Shown: positions 18,865 to 30,131, counted from the first letter of the stretch. The stretch: 51,176 bases of DNA from an uncultured Bacilli bacterium (GCA_947589195.1 CANPZX010000002.1:1-51176); one strand, 5' to 3'. Notes: generated by a model not told the origin, from the sequence alone. Program-made: numbers and translations.

Positions 18865-19245
18865 TTACTTTTTAAATACTACTGTTTTTTGTAATAAGAA
18901 ATTAACAATCATAGCTAAACATGTAGCCAAAATAAATGAAATTATTTTTAAATTAGTTAATTTATAAACTATAGTATTTGTAATTGTATTACATAAAATA
19001 TTAATTATTTGACAACCAATATATTTTACTATTAATAAGGCATGTGTTTTTTCTTTTACAGAAAATGTCCAATTTTTATTAAAAATATAGGAAAAAGTTG
19101 TTGCCAATATCATAGAAATTAATTTTGCTAACGTAATATCAATTTTTTGGCTGAGTAACATATAAAAGATAAAATCTATTGTTGTAGATATGCCTCCTAT
19201 AATTAGAAATCTAAATTCTTTTTTATATTTATTTAATACATTCAT
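18865..19245 (-). CDS. GtrA family flippase (start probably 19245)
   Basis: RFLIIGGISTTID, SYIFNKNWTF, NFLLQKTVVFKK; four TM segments. Confidence 0.9.
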   Translation of the reverse strand: MNVLNKYKKEFRFLIIGGISTTIDFIFYMLLSQKIDITLAKLISMILATTFSYIFNKNWTFSVKEKTHALLIVKYIGCQIINILCNTITNTIVYKLTNLKIISFILATCLAMIVNFLLQKTVVFKK

Positions 19246-20599
19246 AATCGTCACAATACCTTTCATTTACAGGAACATCTACACACCAATTAACCCATCT
19301 TGGAGGAATTGAAAGACACCCTGTATGACTAGAATTAAATTCTACATATGGTTCTATCTGATAAACATTCATAATATAAGATAAATCAGGAGCATTATAA
19401 TTTTTAATTAAATTTAAAACTACATATAATGTAATAATACCTAAAGAGTAAACAAAACCAGAACGTAAAATTTTACCATTATTTAAAGTATTTTCTATTA
19501 ATATGGCAAAAATAAATATAACTAAAAGACAAGGAATAACATGATACCAAATAGTATAAAATTCATTTAACAATTGTTGATAATATCCAATATAATCATT
19601 TATTTTAAAGAGAATCATTACATATGTAAGTAATATAGTTCCAAAAAAGTAAATTAAATATTTAGTTTTTTTGTATTTTACAAAATAATAAACAATTATT
19701 GACCATAAAATAATAGATAAAGGAATAGCTATTCCTAATGAATTTAAAATTTTATATATATTTGTTCCAAAAATATAGTTAACACTAACTAAAGATAATT
19801 TTAATGATAAGTACGCTCTACTTATTAAACTAGATAAAGTAATGATTGTACCATCAGGATCTTTAGCAATAATTAGTATGGCATATGCTTGAATCGCTAA
19901 AAAACAAAGTAATAATATCATTTTTAATATTACTTTTTTATCAAACTCTTTTATAGTTTTTTTAAATCCATTATTCTTTATTTTATCTATCAAATAAATT
20001 CCTATTCCAAAAACTAATGTAAAAGATATAGGTGTTGTCAAAATAGAAATAAGAAGTAAAATAAAATTAAAACCTTTAGGATATTTGCCATTTATTATTT
20101 GAATAGTACAAAAACAAGTAAATAACCCTGCCCACCAATTTAAAGATACCATACAATATAAAATTGCCAAAAAGTTAGAAGAAAATAACAATAACAAAAT
20201 ACTTAATATTAACCTAATTGATTTATTTTTTATAATATCATCAAAATTGTGACAATTTAAATAATTAATCACATATAAATTAATAAATATGGAAATAAAT
20301 TTACTTACTTGACACATAACAATCGCACTATTAAATATTTTACCAAAACTAACTGCAACAAGAGCAACTATCCTTGGCAAAAGATAAAAATAGCCACCAT
20401 ACGTTTGAAAAAATGATTTTAAGCCATTGTTTAAAATACCATTTAAAAAAACCGGACCATCTTCCATCATTATATATGGCTCTTTAATAACCTCAAAATT
20501 TAAACCTATTAAAACAATAGTTAAAATAACAAATGTAATTATTGGCCAATACTTTTTTTCAGTTATGCTACTAATTTTTTTGATTATTTTTTCTGACAT
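19229..20599 (-). CDS. Polytopic membrane protein, putative GT-C/GtrC-like glycosyltransferase (divergent paralog C, no G tract)
   Basis: EDGPVF, TYGGYFYLLPR, IQAYAIL, WYHVIP and IEPYV motifs shared with paralogs A and B. Confidence 0.7.
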   Translation of the reverse strand: MSEKIIKKISSITEKKYWPIITFVILTIVLIGLNFEVIKEPYIMMEDGPVFLNGILNNGLKSFFQTYGGYFYLLPRIVALVAVSFGKIFNSAIVMCQVSKFISIFINLYVINYLNCHNFDDIIKNKSIRLILSILLLLFSSNFLAILYCMVSLNWWAGLFTCFCTIQIINGKYPKGFNFILLLISILTTPISFTLVFGIGIYLIDKIKNNGFKKTIKEFDKKVILKMILLLCFLAIQAYAILIIAKDPDGTIITLSSLISRAYLSLKLSLVSVNYIFGTNIYKILNSLGIAIPLSIILWSIIVYYFVKYKKTKYLIYFFGTILLTYVMILFKINDYIGYYQQLLNEFYTIWYHVIPCLLVIFIFAILIENTLNNGKILRSGFVYSLGIITLYVVLNLIKNYNAPDLSYIMNVYQIEPYVEFNSSHTGCLSIPPRWVNWCVDVPVNERYCDDYECIK

Positions 20600-20634
20600 T
20601 CTAACCCATTCCTTTCTTTAAATAGGTAATATTA

Positions 20635-23418
20635 TTAATTTTGTTTTTTATCGTTAGTTTTATTTATCATATAAACTAAATTTAAATATTCAAAAACATT
20701 AATAGTTGAATCTAACGAATAAGAATTTTCTAGTTTAAAATCTTGTTTAATTTGAGGATTTAAAATGTCGGTATAAACTAATGAACTAAAATTAGTACCA
20801 ATAAATTCTCCAGATAAATTAAGATTATATTTTTTAGCTAAGACAAGATAGTCATCAAAGAAAGCAAATATTCCATCATTAATTTGCTTCAATTTTTCAA
20901 TAAAGCTTTCATCAATATTTTCATTTTTATAAATAGGATTTCCATCATCATCAAATTTTATTAATTGACCAATCGGGGCGGTTAAAAAGCTTTCTAAAAT
21001 CATTGAAAAATTATATATATTTTTTTCACATGTTTCACTCTTAAAATTATAACAGAAACTTGCCTTGCCACCTAATTTTAAAGGTTTTATATTATCTGTT
21101 AGAATAAAATAATAACCATTAATTTTTTTATTTAATAATTTTATTAAATAATATTGAATTGTACCTGAGTATCCCAAATCTACAACCGCTACATTTTTCC
21201 CTTTAATATTTTTTTTGCAATATTTTAAATAATTATTACGTTCTTTATTAAAAATTTTCTTATATACATTAAAATTATCTTCTATATTTTTTAACACTTC
21301 ATCTTTTGAACTTTCAAGTTTAATAAATTTATCTTCTATATCTAAATCTAATCCTAATCGAGTTTTATATAAATTTTTTATGCTACCCTCGTATCCACTC
21401 ATCATAATTTCTTTAACATCTTCCATAGTTTCAATACAAGCAACAGATGTACTTCTTCTAGAAGTTAAAAAATATTTACTTTTTACTGGTTTAATTTTTA
21501 AAATTTTACAATATTTTTGATATAAAGGTTCTAAAAAATATCCTTCTCTTGCTAAAAATAATAATTCATCTGTATTATTTTTTTCACACTCTTTAGCTAA
21601 ATAATTAAAAAATTGAGCAAAAATCGGGCCAAAAATCGTATATCCTAATTCATTATAAGTATTTATACCGTATAATGTTTCATTAAATTTAAAAGGATTA
21701 TTATATAATTGTTTATTTACAATTAAACCTAATGCTACTTCATCACCAATTGTTCTTTTATTTTTATAATTATTAATAAATGTAGCATAATTAGATAAAC
21801 AAAACATCTTTTTAGATTGCATAACGTGTATAAATGGTTTACCCATATCACATAGCCTTTGAATATCAGAATGTTCATTATCTCCAATATGAATAGTACT
21901 TTTATTTTTAGTATAATTATTAAAATAATATTCCCATATTGCACCATTATCTTTTCTATAACCAACTTCAGATGAAACCAATAATTCATCCCAATTATCA
22001 TAACCACATTTATTTAACATTTTTTTAATTATATCGCTAGTTAAATACATATCACTTATTAAAATAATTTTTTTATTATCCTTTTTTAACCAGTTATAAA
22101 GTTCCAGCATTTCTTTTCTGGGAATTATAAAGTCTAATTCTAACTCTATTTCTTTTTCTTTAATTTTTTTACATTGATTATCATCTAAATTAGTAAGTTC
22201 TTTTATATTTTCATAAATTTCATCTATAGAACAATCACCTTTAAAATCTTTTGATACGCGAACATTATATTCAGCATTAATTCTAATTCTTTTAAAATCA
22301 ATTATTTTATATGTCTTTTTAACATAACTCTCTAATATTCCGATTAAATCACTAGGATTATAAATTTTTCTAGTAATTAATGTATCAAAAATATCAAATG
22401 AAATAATATCATAATTTTTAATTTTTTCATAAATATTTGTGGCATTTTGTTCATTATACTGATACATATTTTTTAAACCACTTTTTCTAAAGCAATTATT
22501 ACTTATATCAATTACTAAATAATTATATTTATTATTTTTAACTACTTGGGGAATCATTCTTTCAATAGCATGTGCTAATGTTCCATCATTTTTTCCATTT
22601 TCTTCCCCAAAATCTTTTTTAGTATAATTAAAGTCAAGAAAATTTTTAATAGAATCTATTTTTACCCAAAAAAAACTACCTACTGAATAATCAATATATT
22701 CATCATCCAAAGTAAAGCCTAATCTATTGGCAATTTTATTGGATTCAGGCTTATTATACAGCCATGTATGTGCCCAATATGGCATATCTGAATAAGTTTC
22801 AGGATATATTAATCCAATATTGTCCCCTTTTTCAAATTGATAAAATATTTGTTTTACCAAATTTTCGTCTTTTAAAAGACTATCCATCATATGTTGTCGC
22901 CAACCATCTTGTTGTTCTCCAGTTCTTATACTTTTTTTAGAATGACAGTGTAAAATATAATCATATTTTTCTAGATCATTCTTAAACAAAACAAACATCG
23001 GTCCAAAATCTCTTCCAAAATTTCCGGCTTTCTTAACAATGACTTTTTCAACATTTTTAATACTCTTAAACTTGTTTTCAATGCATTTAATTACTTCATC
23101 TGTAGCAACGGAAATATACAAATCAAATTTATATGGTATATTATTAAAATAATTAATAAATTCTTCAGCTAAATCAATATAATATAAATGAAGATGAACA
23201 GCAATTTTTTTATTAATTTTAAAATTAAGTTCATTTGTAAAATGTATATTATTTAAGTCTAATTGTTTAGGTGCTAAATTCATATCACTATAATTTTGAA
23301 TGTTTCTAAAAAATGGTACATGTTTTATAAGTTTATTTTTTATTTTTTGCTTTGTTGTATTTTTTATAGGAATTAATTGATAAAATCTTTTAATAAAAAT
23401 TATTAACTTTCTTTTCAT
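20635..23418 (-). CDS. RgpF-like rhamnan synthesis domain fused to HAD phosphatase and phosphoribosyltransferase-like domains (putative ribofuranosyltransferase)
   Basis: AVHLHLYY, NFGRDFGP, HCHSKKS, LAHAIER (RgpF); SFDIFDTL, ISDMYL, HIGDNEHSD (HAD); FLAREG and VDLGYSGTIQ (PRTase-like). Confidence 0.8.
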   Translation of the reverse strand: MKRKLIIFIKRFYQLIPIKNTTKQKIKNKLIKHVPFFRNIQNYSDMNLAPKQLDLNNIHFTNELNFKINKKIAVHLHLYYIDLAEEFINYFNNIPYKFDLYISVATDEVIKCIENKFKSIKNVEKVIVKKAGNFGRDFGPMFVLFKNDLEKYDYILHCHSKKSIRTGEQQDGWRQHMMDSLLKDENLVKQIFYQFEKGDNIGLIYPETYSDMPYWAHTWLYNKPESNKIANRLGFTLDDEYIDYSVGSFFWVKIDSIKNFLDFNYTKKDFGEENGKNDGTLAHAIERMIPQVVKNNKYNYLVIDISNNCFRKSGLKNMYQYNEQNATNIYEKIKNYDIISFDIFDTLITRKIYNPSDLIGILESYVKKTYKIIDFKRIRINAEYNVRVSKDFKGDCSIDEIYENIKELTNLDDNQCKKIKEKEIELELDFIIPRKEMLELYNWLKKDNKKIILISDMYLTSDIIKKMLNKCGYDNWDELLVSSEVGYRKDNGAIWEYYFNNYTKNKSTIHIGDNEHSDIQRLCDMGKPFIHVMQSKKMFCLSNYATFINNYKNKRTIGDEVALGLIVNKQLYNNPFKFNETLYGINTYNELGYTIFGPIFAQFFNYLAKECEKNNTDELLFLAREGYFLEPLYQKYCKILKIKPVKSKYFLTSRRSTSVACIETMEDVKEIMMSGYEGSIKNLYKTRLGLDLDIEDKFIKLESSKDEVLKNIEDNFNVYKKIFNKERNNYLKYCKKNIKGKNVAVVDLGYSGTIQYYLIKLLNKKINGYYFILTDNIKPLKLGGKASFCYNFKSETCEKNIYNFSMILESFLTAPIGQLIKFDDDGNPIYKNENIDESFIEKLKQINDGIFAFFDDYLVLAKKYNLNLSGEFIGTNFSSLVYTDILNPQIKQDFKLENSYSLDSTINVFEYLNLVYMINKTNDKKQN

Positions 23419-23439
23419 TTAAAATACATTCCTCCTGCT

Positions 23440-25545
23440 TTATCTTCTAAATATTTTATACTTTAATGCTCTTAACTTTCTTTTTAATCTTACCATTCTT
23501 TTTACAAATTTACTGGTATTGCTCATATAAAAAGCTGGAATATTTTCATCAGGAACAAATTCATATTCTTTACTTGGTGTAATAGGCTCTAAATGATATA
23601 ATGGTTTAATCTCTTCTTTCATATCATAATTACCGGCTAAAATTGCATTAACTGCCTCGACAAATTGTTTAAAGCCTACTGTTAAATCGTAATTTTTCAT
23701 ATATTTAGCACCAAATTCAGACATTTTTTTCATTAATTTTTCATTTTCATAAATTTTTAGTATAGCTGTAGCAATTGCTTCACTATTACTTTCAGCTAAT
23801 AAAATTCCACCATCTGGCATATCATATAGATTATTTTCTCTATATAAATCAACAACAGGTAATCCACACGCCATCATTTCAAAAGGTATTCTAGATGGAT
23901 TAGATGCACTAATACAAACTCCTACTTTACATTTATTATATAACTTACAACATTCAGTTATAGGAATAATATGTAAATTTGTTGTATCAAAACTGATTCC
24001 ACCTTCTACATTTGACCCAAATAAATAAATTTTTAAATTCGGATATTTTTCTTTTACTATTTTAATGGCATTTAAACCTAATTCTGCACATCTGCGCCAT
24101 TTCTCAGGTTGATAAATAAAACAAATGGCATCCTCTTTTTTTACATCTTTTAATACCTTGTAATTATTAGTATCGGCACAAAAATTAAAATATCTTGTAG
24201 GTTGATGATATTCATGAGATAATTTATTAGATAACCATCGACCTATAGTAATAAAGTTGAATCCATATTTATATGAATTTTCAGCCTTTATATAAGAATT
24301 TCCCATTGGTTCAAACCAAGGCTCAAAATCTTGAATAAAATAGCACTTATTTTTCACTGGCATATTTCTAACAGTTTCTGCAGTTGTCCAAGCAGTGGCA
24401 AATACTAAATCATAATCATATCGTAATCTTAATCCAACATATACCCCAGCTAAACATTGTCCATAAAAATCTTCTATCATTTTTTTCATATCTTCATTTG
24501 TAGATACAAAATCTTCATCAACATAAATATCTACTTCATATCCATAATGAATGAGAGCATTAGCATTTTGAATAATAGTTCTATGACCTCCAGAACCTTT
24601 TACGGGATATGGTAACACAATAGCAATTTTGTTCCTTTTAAAATTTCCTAAAATTTCTCTATTTTTTTTGCTAATAATATTTTTCATAAAGTTTAAGCGA
24701 ATTTTTTGCTTATGTAATATTTCATCCGTAGGAATATAATTATTATTAATTTCCGTTTGAATTTTTAATATTTCATTAAATTCGATATCAGCCTTAATAT
24801 TAGTAGTTACAGATTTTGAATGTTTTCGATAATAATTTAAAGATTCATGAAAATATGCAAGACTACCATTTTGTAAAACTTTATAGTATACATACCAATC
24901 TCCCGCAACTTTATATTCTTGAGCATTTAATAAAATTTCATTATAATCTTTCTTTTTCCAAACAACAGAAGAAACATTTAAAATTGTATTAGTATATGCT
25001 AGTCTTTCTTTAATAGCAGTCTCTCCAGAAATAACAAAATCTTCATCCCAATCTCCTGTTCTAAAAATATCACTTAAATCTCGAGAGTCATTAGTTATTA
25101 CCCGATTTTTTTCGTCAATTCTAGCTGATTCACAATATGAAAGTACAACATTCTTATTTTCAAAGCCTTTCATAACAGTTTCTAGAAAAGTTGGTTCACA
25201 TAAATCATCGGCTTCAGCAATCCAAAAATAATCGCCATTAACTTTTTCTAAACCTTTCTTCCATTGAGAAAAAACACAACCACTATTATGATCATTTATA
25301 ATAAATTTTACCGGGATATTTTTTATTTGTTTAATTTTCTTTTTTATAACATTAATACTATTATCTGTAGATTTATCATCTAATATAATTAATTCATATA
25401 TTGGATAGCTTTGCCTTAAAATAGAATCTATTCTTTCAACAATATATTTTTCATAATTATAATTTGGAATTATAACTGATACTTTTTTTACCTTTCCTTC
25501 CACTTTAGAAATTTTATTTTTATAAATATTTACCTTTTTTCTCAT
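23440..25545 (-). CDS. Bifunctional glycosyltransferase: GT2 plus WsaF-like GT4 rhamnosyltransferase
   Basis: SVIIPNYNY, WIAEADD; then SGGHRTI, ATAWTTA, YFIQDFEPWF, SRIPFEMMACG. Confidence 0.85.
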   Translation of the reverse strand: MRKKVNIYKNKISKVEGKVKKVSVIIPNYNYEKYIVERIDSILRQSYPIYELIILDDKSTDNSINVIKKKIKQIKNIPVKFIINDHNSGCVFSQWKKGLEKVNGDYFWIAEADDLCEPTFLETVMKGFENKNVVLSYCESARIDEKNRVITNDSRDLSDIFRTGDWDEDFVISGETAIKERLAYTNTILNVSSVVWKKKDYNEILLNAQEYKVAGDWYVYYKVLQNGSLAYFHESLNYYRKHSKSVTTNIKADIEFNEILKIQTEINNNYIPTDEILHKQKIRLNFMKNIISKKNREILGNFKRNKIAIVLPYPVKGSGGHRTIIQNANALIHYGYEVDIYVDEDFVSTNEDMKKMIEDFYGQCLAGVYVGLRLRYDYDLVFATAWTTAETVRNMPVKNKCYFIQDFEPWFEPMGNSYIKAENSYKYGFNFITIGRWLSNKLSHEYHQPTRYFNFCADTNNYKVLKDVKKEDAICFIYQPEKWRRCAELGLNAIKIVKEKYPNLKIYLFGSNVEGGISFDTTNLHIIPITECCKLYNKCKVGVCISASNPSRIPFEMMACGLPVVDLYRENNLYDMPDGGILLAESNSEAIATAILKIYENEKLMKKMSEFGAKYMKNYDLTVGFKQFVEAVNAILAGNYDMKEEIKPLYHLEPITPSKEYEFVPDENIPAFYMSNTSKFVKRMVRLKRKLRALKYKIFRR

Positions 25546-25655
25546 TATATATCTTTACTCCCTCAATAGTTAGTCATTAAATCAAAAAAATTTAGTCAGC
25601 AAAATGACTTAATACCTTTCAACAATTATAGCATAGGTAAATTTAGTTGTAAATT

Positions 25656-26507
25656 TTATAATACCCTATTTTTCAACATATCTTGCTTTAATATTTCTAA
25701 TGATTTTATTATCTCTTGTTGGCGATATTTATTTTTTAAGCGAGTGTCAGAATTAAACTTTTGATTTAACGATCCCCCCTCTTTATGAAATATTTCTAAA
25801 TTTGGATCATATAAAGTTATAAATTTTTGTTTTAGCATTCTTTGATATAAAAATTCTTCTTCATGATATAAAAAGGTTCTAGAATCAAATATATCTTTAT
25901 TTTTTTCATAATACAATTTTGAAAATATTAAAGCACAACCATGAAGGGCTACATTACATACAATTTTATCACCATTATGTAAAACTTTAGGTTTAATAAA
26001 TTTTCTTTTTAATTTTAAATAAATATTTAATAAGTTTGTTAATATTTTACTATTATATATAAATACTAATTTTTTAGAATATTTAATTTGTTTATTTACT
26101 TCACTTAAAGTTTTATAGACAGGAAAAGGATTAACAGAATCACCATTATTAGTGATAATTTTTGGGCCTAAAATAGCAAATTTATATTTTTGATAATCTT
26201 GATTAACTATTTTTAAAAAATCTTTTTGTTTTATTATCGTATCATTGTTTATAACAATTAAAAACTTTGGTTTATATTTAGTTATAGCTAATTCACACCC
26301 CTGATTATTTGCTTTAGCAAAGCCAATATTTTCTTCTAGTGTAATTAAATCATCACATATTTTTTTTAGTTTTTCTTCCTCTTTTAAATTTAAACTGTGA
26401 TTATCTACCACGATTATTTTTTTAGGTTCTTCTAATTTTTTAAGAGAATCTATACAAGCTATTGTATCTTTAATATTTTGATAATGTAAAATTATAAAGC
26501 AATTCAT
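25656..26507 (-). CDS. GT2 glycosyltransferase (rhamnosyltransferase-like)
   Basis: IVVDNHS, NIGFAKANNQG, INNDT, FLYHEE. Confidence 0.88.
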   Translation of the reverse strand: MNCFIILHYQNIKDTIACIDSLKKLEEPKKIIVVDNHSLNLKEEEKLKKICDDLITLEENIGFAKANNQGCELAITKYKPKFLIVINNDTIIKQKDFLKIVNQDYQKYKFAILGPKIITNNGDSVNPFPVYKTLSEVNKQIKYSKKLVFIYNSKILTNLLNIYLKLKRKFIKPKVLHNGDKIVCNVALHGCALIFSKLYYEKNKDIFDSRTFLYHEEEFLYQRMLKQKFITLYDPNLEIFHKEGGSLNQKFNSDTRLKNKYRQQEIIKSLEILKQDMLKNRVL

Positions 26508-27274
26508 TATACTTCCTCAGCAAAACCTTTTTCTAAGCGTTTAAATATTTGATAACTTATAAAACATAAAATTAAACAAATTATAAATAATGTTAGAAGA
26601 GCCGAAAATTCCGGATGAGAATTATAATAAAAAATATTACGATAAGCATTGATAATTGTAGTCATGGGATTAAAATTTAGAATTTTTTGCATACTACTTG
26701 GAAACATAGTACTATCATAAATAATTGGGGTAGCATAAAATAATAAGTTTATTACAAAGTTAATTATATATTCAAAATCACGTATATAAACATTAATAGA
26801 ACTAGTTATTAAAACAATCGCAATTTGAAATAAGCATTGCACAATAACTACTAGAGGTAAATAAATAATGTTATAAGTTATAGGTAAACCACTGCATAAA
26901 ACAAATATGATTATTATTGGTACGGAAATAAAGAAGTTTACAGCACCACTTATAACTAATGATATAGGTAATATTTCTCGGGGAAAATATACTTTTTTAA
27001 TAATAGCTCCATTATTAATCATACAACTAGTTCCTTGAAGAATCGACATTGTAAAAAAATTCCAAGGAATAATCCCAATTATTATATATGTCACATAATG
27101 AGGTTGAGTATTACGTAAAATATAAGGAAAAACAATCGCATAAACACAAGCCATTAGTAAAGGATTAATAAAGGACCACAATATACCTAAAAAAGATCCC
27201 TTATATTTTCCTCTAATTTCTTTCTTTATATTAGTCTTTAAAAGTTCGCGATAATTATATAAATTTTTAAACAT
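26507..27274 (-). CDS. wzm: ABC-2 polysaccharide export permease (Wzm/RgpC-like; start probably 27274)
   Basis: YKGSFLGILWSFINPL, IKKVYFPRE, FYATPIIY, NPMT. Confidence 0.92.
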   Translation of the reverse strand: MFKNLYNYRELLKTNIKKEIRGKYKGSFLGILWSFINPLLMACVYAIVFPYILRNTQPHYVTYIIIGIIPWNFFTMSILQGTSCMINNGAIIKKVYFPREILPISLVISGAVNFFISVPIIIIFVLCSGLPITYNIIYLPLVVIVQCLFQIAIVLITSSINVYIRDFEYIINFVINLLFYATPIIYDSTMFPSSMQKILNFNPMTTIINAYRNIFYYNSHPEFSALLTLFIICLILCFISYQIFKRLEKGFAEEV

Positions 27275-27275
27275 T

Positions 27276-28013
27276 TTAACCACACACCTTTAAGTAATTA
27301 TCTACAACTTTATTAGGATTACCATCCATTTTTATTTTACCTTCATATACCCAAATGGCTCGCGTACATAATTTTTTTACAGCTCCCATATCATGCGTGA
27401 CAATAACAATTGTTTTTTCACTATTTTTTAATTCTTTTAGTTTCTCCATACACTTATCTTGAAAATGTTGATCTCCAACAGCTAAAATTTCATCGATTAA
27501 TAAAATATCAGCATCAACATTAATAGCAACTGAAAAAGCAAGACGCATATACATTCCTGAGGAATAAGTTCTGACTGGGCTTTCAATAAATTCCCCTAAT
27601 TCGGAAAATTCAATAATATCATTAATTCTTTTATCAATTTCTTTTCTACTTAGTCCAAAAATAGAGGCGTTAAAATAAATATTTTCTCTACCAGTAAAAT
27701 CAGGATGAAAGCCAGCTCCAAGTTCTAGTAAAGATGTTAATTTACCATTAGTTATTATTTCTCCTTGATTTGGATATATTATTTTAGTCATTAATTTTAA
27801 AAGAGTTGATTTACCACTCCCATTAACCCCAATTAAAGCAACAGTTTCTCCTTTTTTAATATCTAAATTGATATTTTCTAAAACAATATGACTTTCACTT
27901 TTCTTTTTATTCCAAAAAACTAAACGTTCTTTTAAGGTACTAGGTTTATCATAATATAATTTAAAACTTTTCGTTACATTTTTTACCGTAATGGCGTTTT
28001 CCATCTTTTTCAT
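27276..28013 (-). CDS. wzt: ABC polysaccharide export ATPase (Wzt/RgpD-like, no C-terminal CBM)
   Basis: GVNGSGKST, YSSGMYMRLAF, IDEILAVGD. Confidence 0.93.
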   Translation of the reverse strand: MKKMENAITVKNVTKSFKLYYDKPSTLKERLVFWNKKKSESHIVLENINLDIKKGETVALIGVNGSGKSTLLKLMTKIIYPNQGEIITNGKLTSLLELGAGFHPDFTGRENIYFNASIFGLSRKEIDKRINDIIEFSELGEFIESPVRTYSSGMYMRLAFSVAINVDADILLIDEILAVGDQHFQDKCMEKLKELKNSEKTIVIVTHDMGAVKKLCTRAIWVYEGKIKMDGNPNKVVDNYLKVCG

Positions 28014-28050
28014 CTTCTTTCTATATTAGGATACCATTAAATTTAGAAAA

Positions 28051-29205
28051 TTACCAAATTTTTTGATATTTTTTAACAACAATATCCCAGGTATAACATT
28101 CTTTAATTCTTTCTTTAGCTAATTTATCATATTTTAATATTTCTTCGGAAGAAAATTTTTCCGTTTTTTCAATTATTCTTTTTAAGTCATCTTCTTTTTT
28201 ACTAAAATATAAAGAAGAAAAGGACCCAACTTCGACATTATAAACGGCATTATATAAAATATTTAAAGAAGTAAGAGACAAAGCTTCTAATAAACTAGGA
28301 TTAGTTCCTCCAGCCGAATGACCATGAATATAAGCATAAGCATTTTTTCTTAAATAATTTAAAGTATTTTTATCATATACTGGACCAATAAATTTGATTC
28401 TTTTATCATTTAAAAAATTAGTTTTCGTAATTAATTGTTGATAAAATTTATTTTCTTCCATATTAGAGACAATAATTAAATCTTTTTTAGTTTTAGTTTT
28501 CATAAATTCTTTTATAATTAATTCATAATTATTTTCGGGAACAAATCTACCCACAACTAGATAATAATTATGTTCTTCAATATGATATTTTTGCAATAAA
28601 GAAGTAATTTCTTCAGCTTTATTTATTAAAGGATTTAAATATGCTCCATAAGCTATAAAAGTAGTCTTTTTATGATATTTTTGATAAGTTTTATCAATAT
28701 AATCTTGAATAGCCTTTGAATCACAAATAATTAAATCACTATTTTTTACCATACATTTTTCGGATATTTTAAAACATTTTTTAATCCACCATGACCATTT
28801 TTCTCTTTTCCATTCTAAGCCATCGGGATTTAAATATATTTTAGCCCCCATCTTTTTTAAAGGAGCAATAAGAATTCTATAAAAGGGACCCATTCGACAT
28901 CCAAGGATATAGATAACCACATTTTTCAAGTTATTATCTTTTATATATTTAGGCATTATTTGTAAGGCTTTGATGGCATAGATAAACATAGTAATAAAGC
29001 CTAAATCTTTTACATATATTTCGGGACAAGAAACATTGTCTTTAAAAAGGATTTGATTTTTCAAACCTTTTTCATGAGTTAATTCTGGTACATGAAATTT
29101 AGTTTTTTTATCTTTATAATTTCTAATTAGATTAGTGACAAAAGTTTCCCAGCCCCCATAATTAGATTTATAACCTCTTGCCCCAATAATAATGATATTA
29201 TGCAT
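28051..29205 (-). CDS. rgpA: DUF1972/GT4 rhamnosyltransferase (RgpA/WchF-like)
   Basis: IIGARG..YGGWETF, NPDGLEWKREKW, GRFVPENN, HGHSAGGTNPSLLEAL. Confidence 0.88.
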   Translation of the reverse strand: MHNIIIIGARGYKSNYGGWETFVTNLIRNYKDKKTKFHVPELTHEKGLKNQILFKDNVSCPEIYVKDLGFITMFIYAIKALQIMPKYIKDNNLKNVVIYILGCRMGPFYRILIAPLKKMGAKIYLNPDGLEWKREKWSWWIKKCFKISEKCMVKNSDLIICDSKAIQDYIDKTYQKYHKKTTFIAYGAYLNPLINKAEEITSLLQKYHIEEHNYYLVVGRFVPENNYELIIKEFMKTKTKKDLIIVSNMEENKFYQQLITKTNFLNDKRIKFIGPVYDKNTLNYLRKNAYAYIHGHSAGGTNPSLLEALSLTSLNILYNAVYNVEVGSFSSLYFSKKEDDLKRIIEKTEKFSSEEILKYDKLAKERIKECYTWDIVVKKYQKIW

Positions 29206-29209
29206 AATC

Positions 29210-30058
29210 TTACCTCCTGATTATATTAACTAGGTTAGCCCAAAGATAATCAAAATAATATGTTAAACGTAAAATAAGTAATTCAAAAATATTAAGTTTT
29301 AAAATATTTTTTTCATAATAAAATTGACTTTGTTTTAATAGTTTAAATTTATCGATACTTACCAAACTTTTATTAACACTTTTGGATAAAGCATGAATAA
29401 CTACTACTTCATTATCGACATATGTTTTTAAATGATGTTCTTTTAGTTTTTGAGCTAAAATATTTTCTTCATAATATAAGAAAGTATTTTCATCAAAGTA
29501 GTTAATTTTTTTGACAACGGAACTTTTGATAATAAAGAAACAGCCCTTTACTACTTCTACCCGACTTAATTTAGTTTCATAATGTTTTTCAGGATATCCT
29601 AAAATATTTTTTTCTAAACGATGAAAATAAGGAAAATTGGAAATTAATAAGGAAAAGAAATTAGGTAATCGCCATCCTCTAGAGATACTTAATGGTTCTT
29701 TAACTACCGGAGCCACTACTGAGACATTGGCATCACTAATATCATCTAAAAGTTTTTCAATGTCTTTTTCTTTAACGATGATATCCGGATTAGAAATTAT
29801 AATATTATCCACACCATACTCTTCAATTAGATATTTCATGCCAAAATTATTTCCAGAAGCAAAACCTTTATTTTCGGGAGTACTAATTATTTTAATTTTA
29901 TTATTTTGATATTTTTCTAATTTAGTTATTGAATCATCAGTACTATGATTATCAACAACCACAATATAATCTAAACATTTATAATTTTTAATATCATCTA
30001 ATATTAAACTAGTATTCTCACTATCATTATAATTTAAAATTACGATTCCATTTTTCAT
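29210..30058 (-). CDS. GT2 glycosyltransferase
   Basis: VILNYND, VVDNHSTD, NKGFASGNN, SNPD, FLYYEE. Confidence 0.88.
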   Translation of the reverse strand: MKNGIVILNYNDSENTSLILDDIKNYKCLDYIVVVDNHSTDDSITKLEKYQNNKIKIISTPENKGFASGNNFGMKYLIEEYGVDNIIISNPDIIVKEKDIEKLLDDISDANVSVVAPVVKEPLSISRGWRLPNFFSLLISNFPYFHRLEKNILGYPEKHYETKLSRVEVVKGCFFIIKSSVVKKINYFDENTFLYYEENILAQKLKEHHLKTYVDNEVVVIHALSKSVNKSLVSIDKFKLLKQSQFYYEKNILKLNIFELLILRLTYYFDYLWANLVNIIRR

Positions 30059-30072
30059 ATTTAACCTCTTAA

Positions 30073-30117
30073 TTTATAATAACATAAAACCTCGAAAATA
30101 AAAACATTAACGTTTTA
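30073..30117. repeat. Direct repeat copy 1, containing an extended -10 promoter for the glycan operon
   Basis: TTTATAATAACATAAAACCTCGAAAATAAAAACAT(T)AACGTTTTA, also at 31669-31712; minus strand reads TGtTATTAT. Confidence 0.9.
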
Positions 30118-30131
30118 AGCTCCCACTATAA

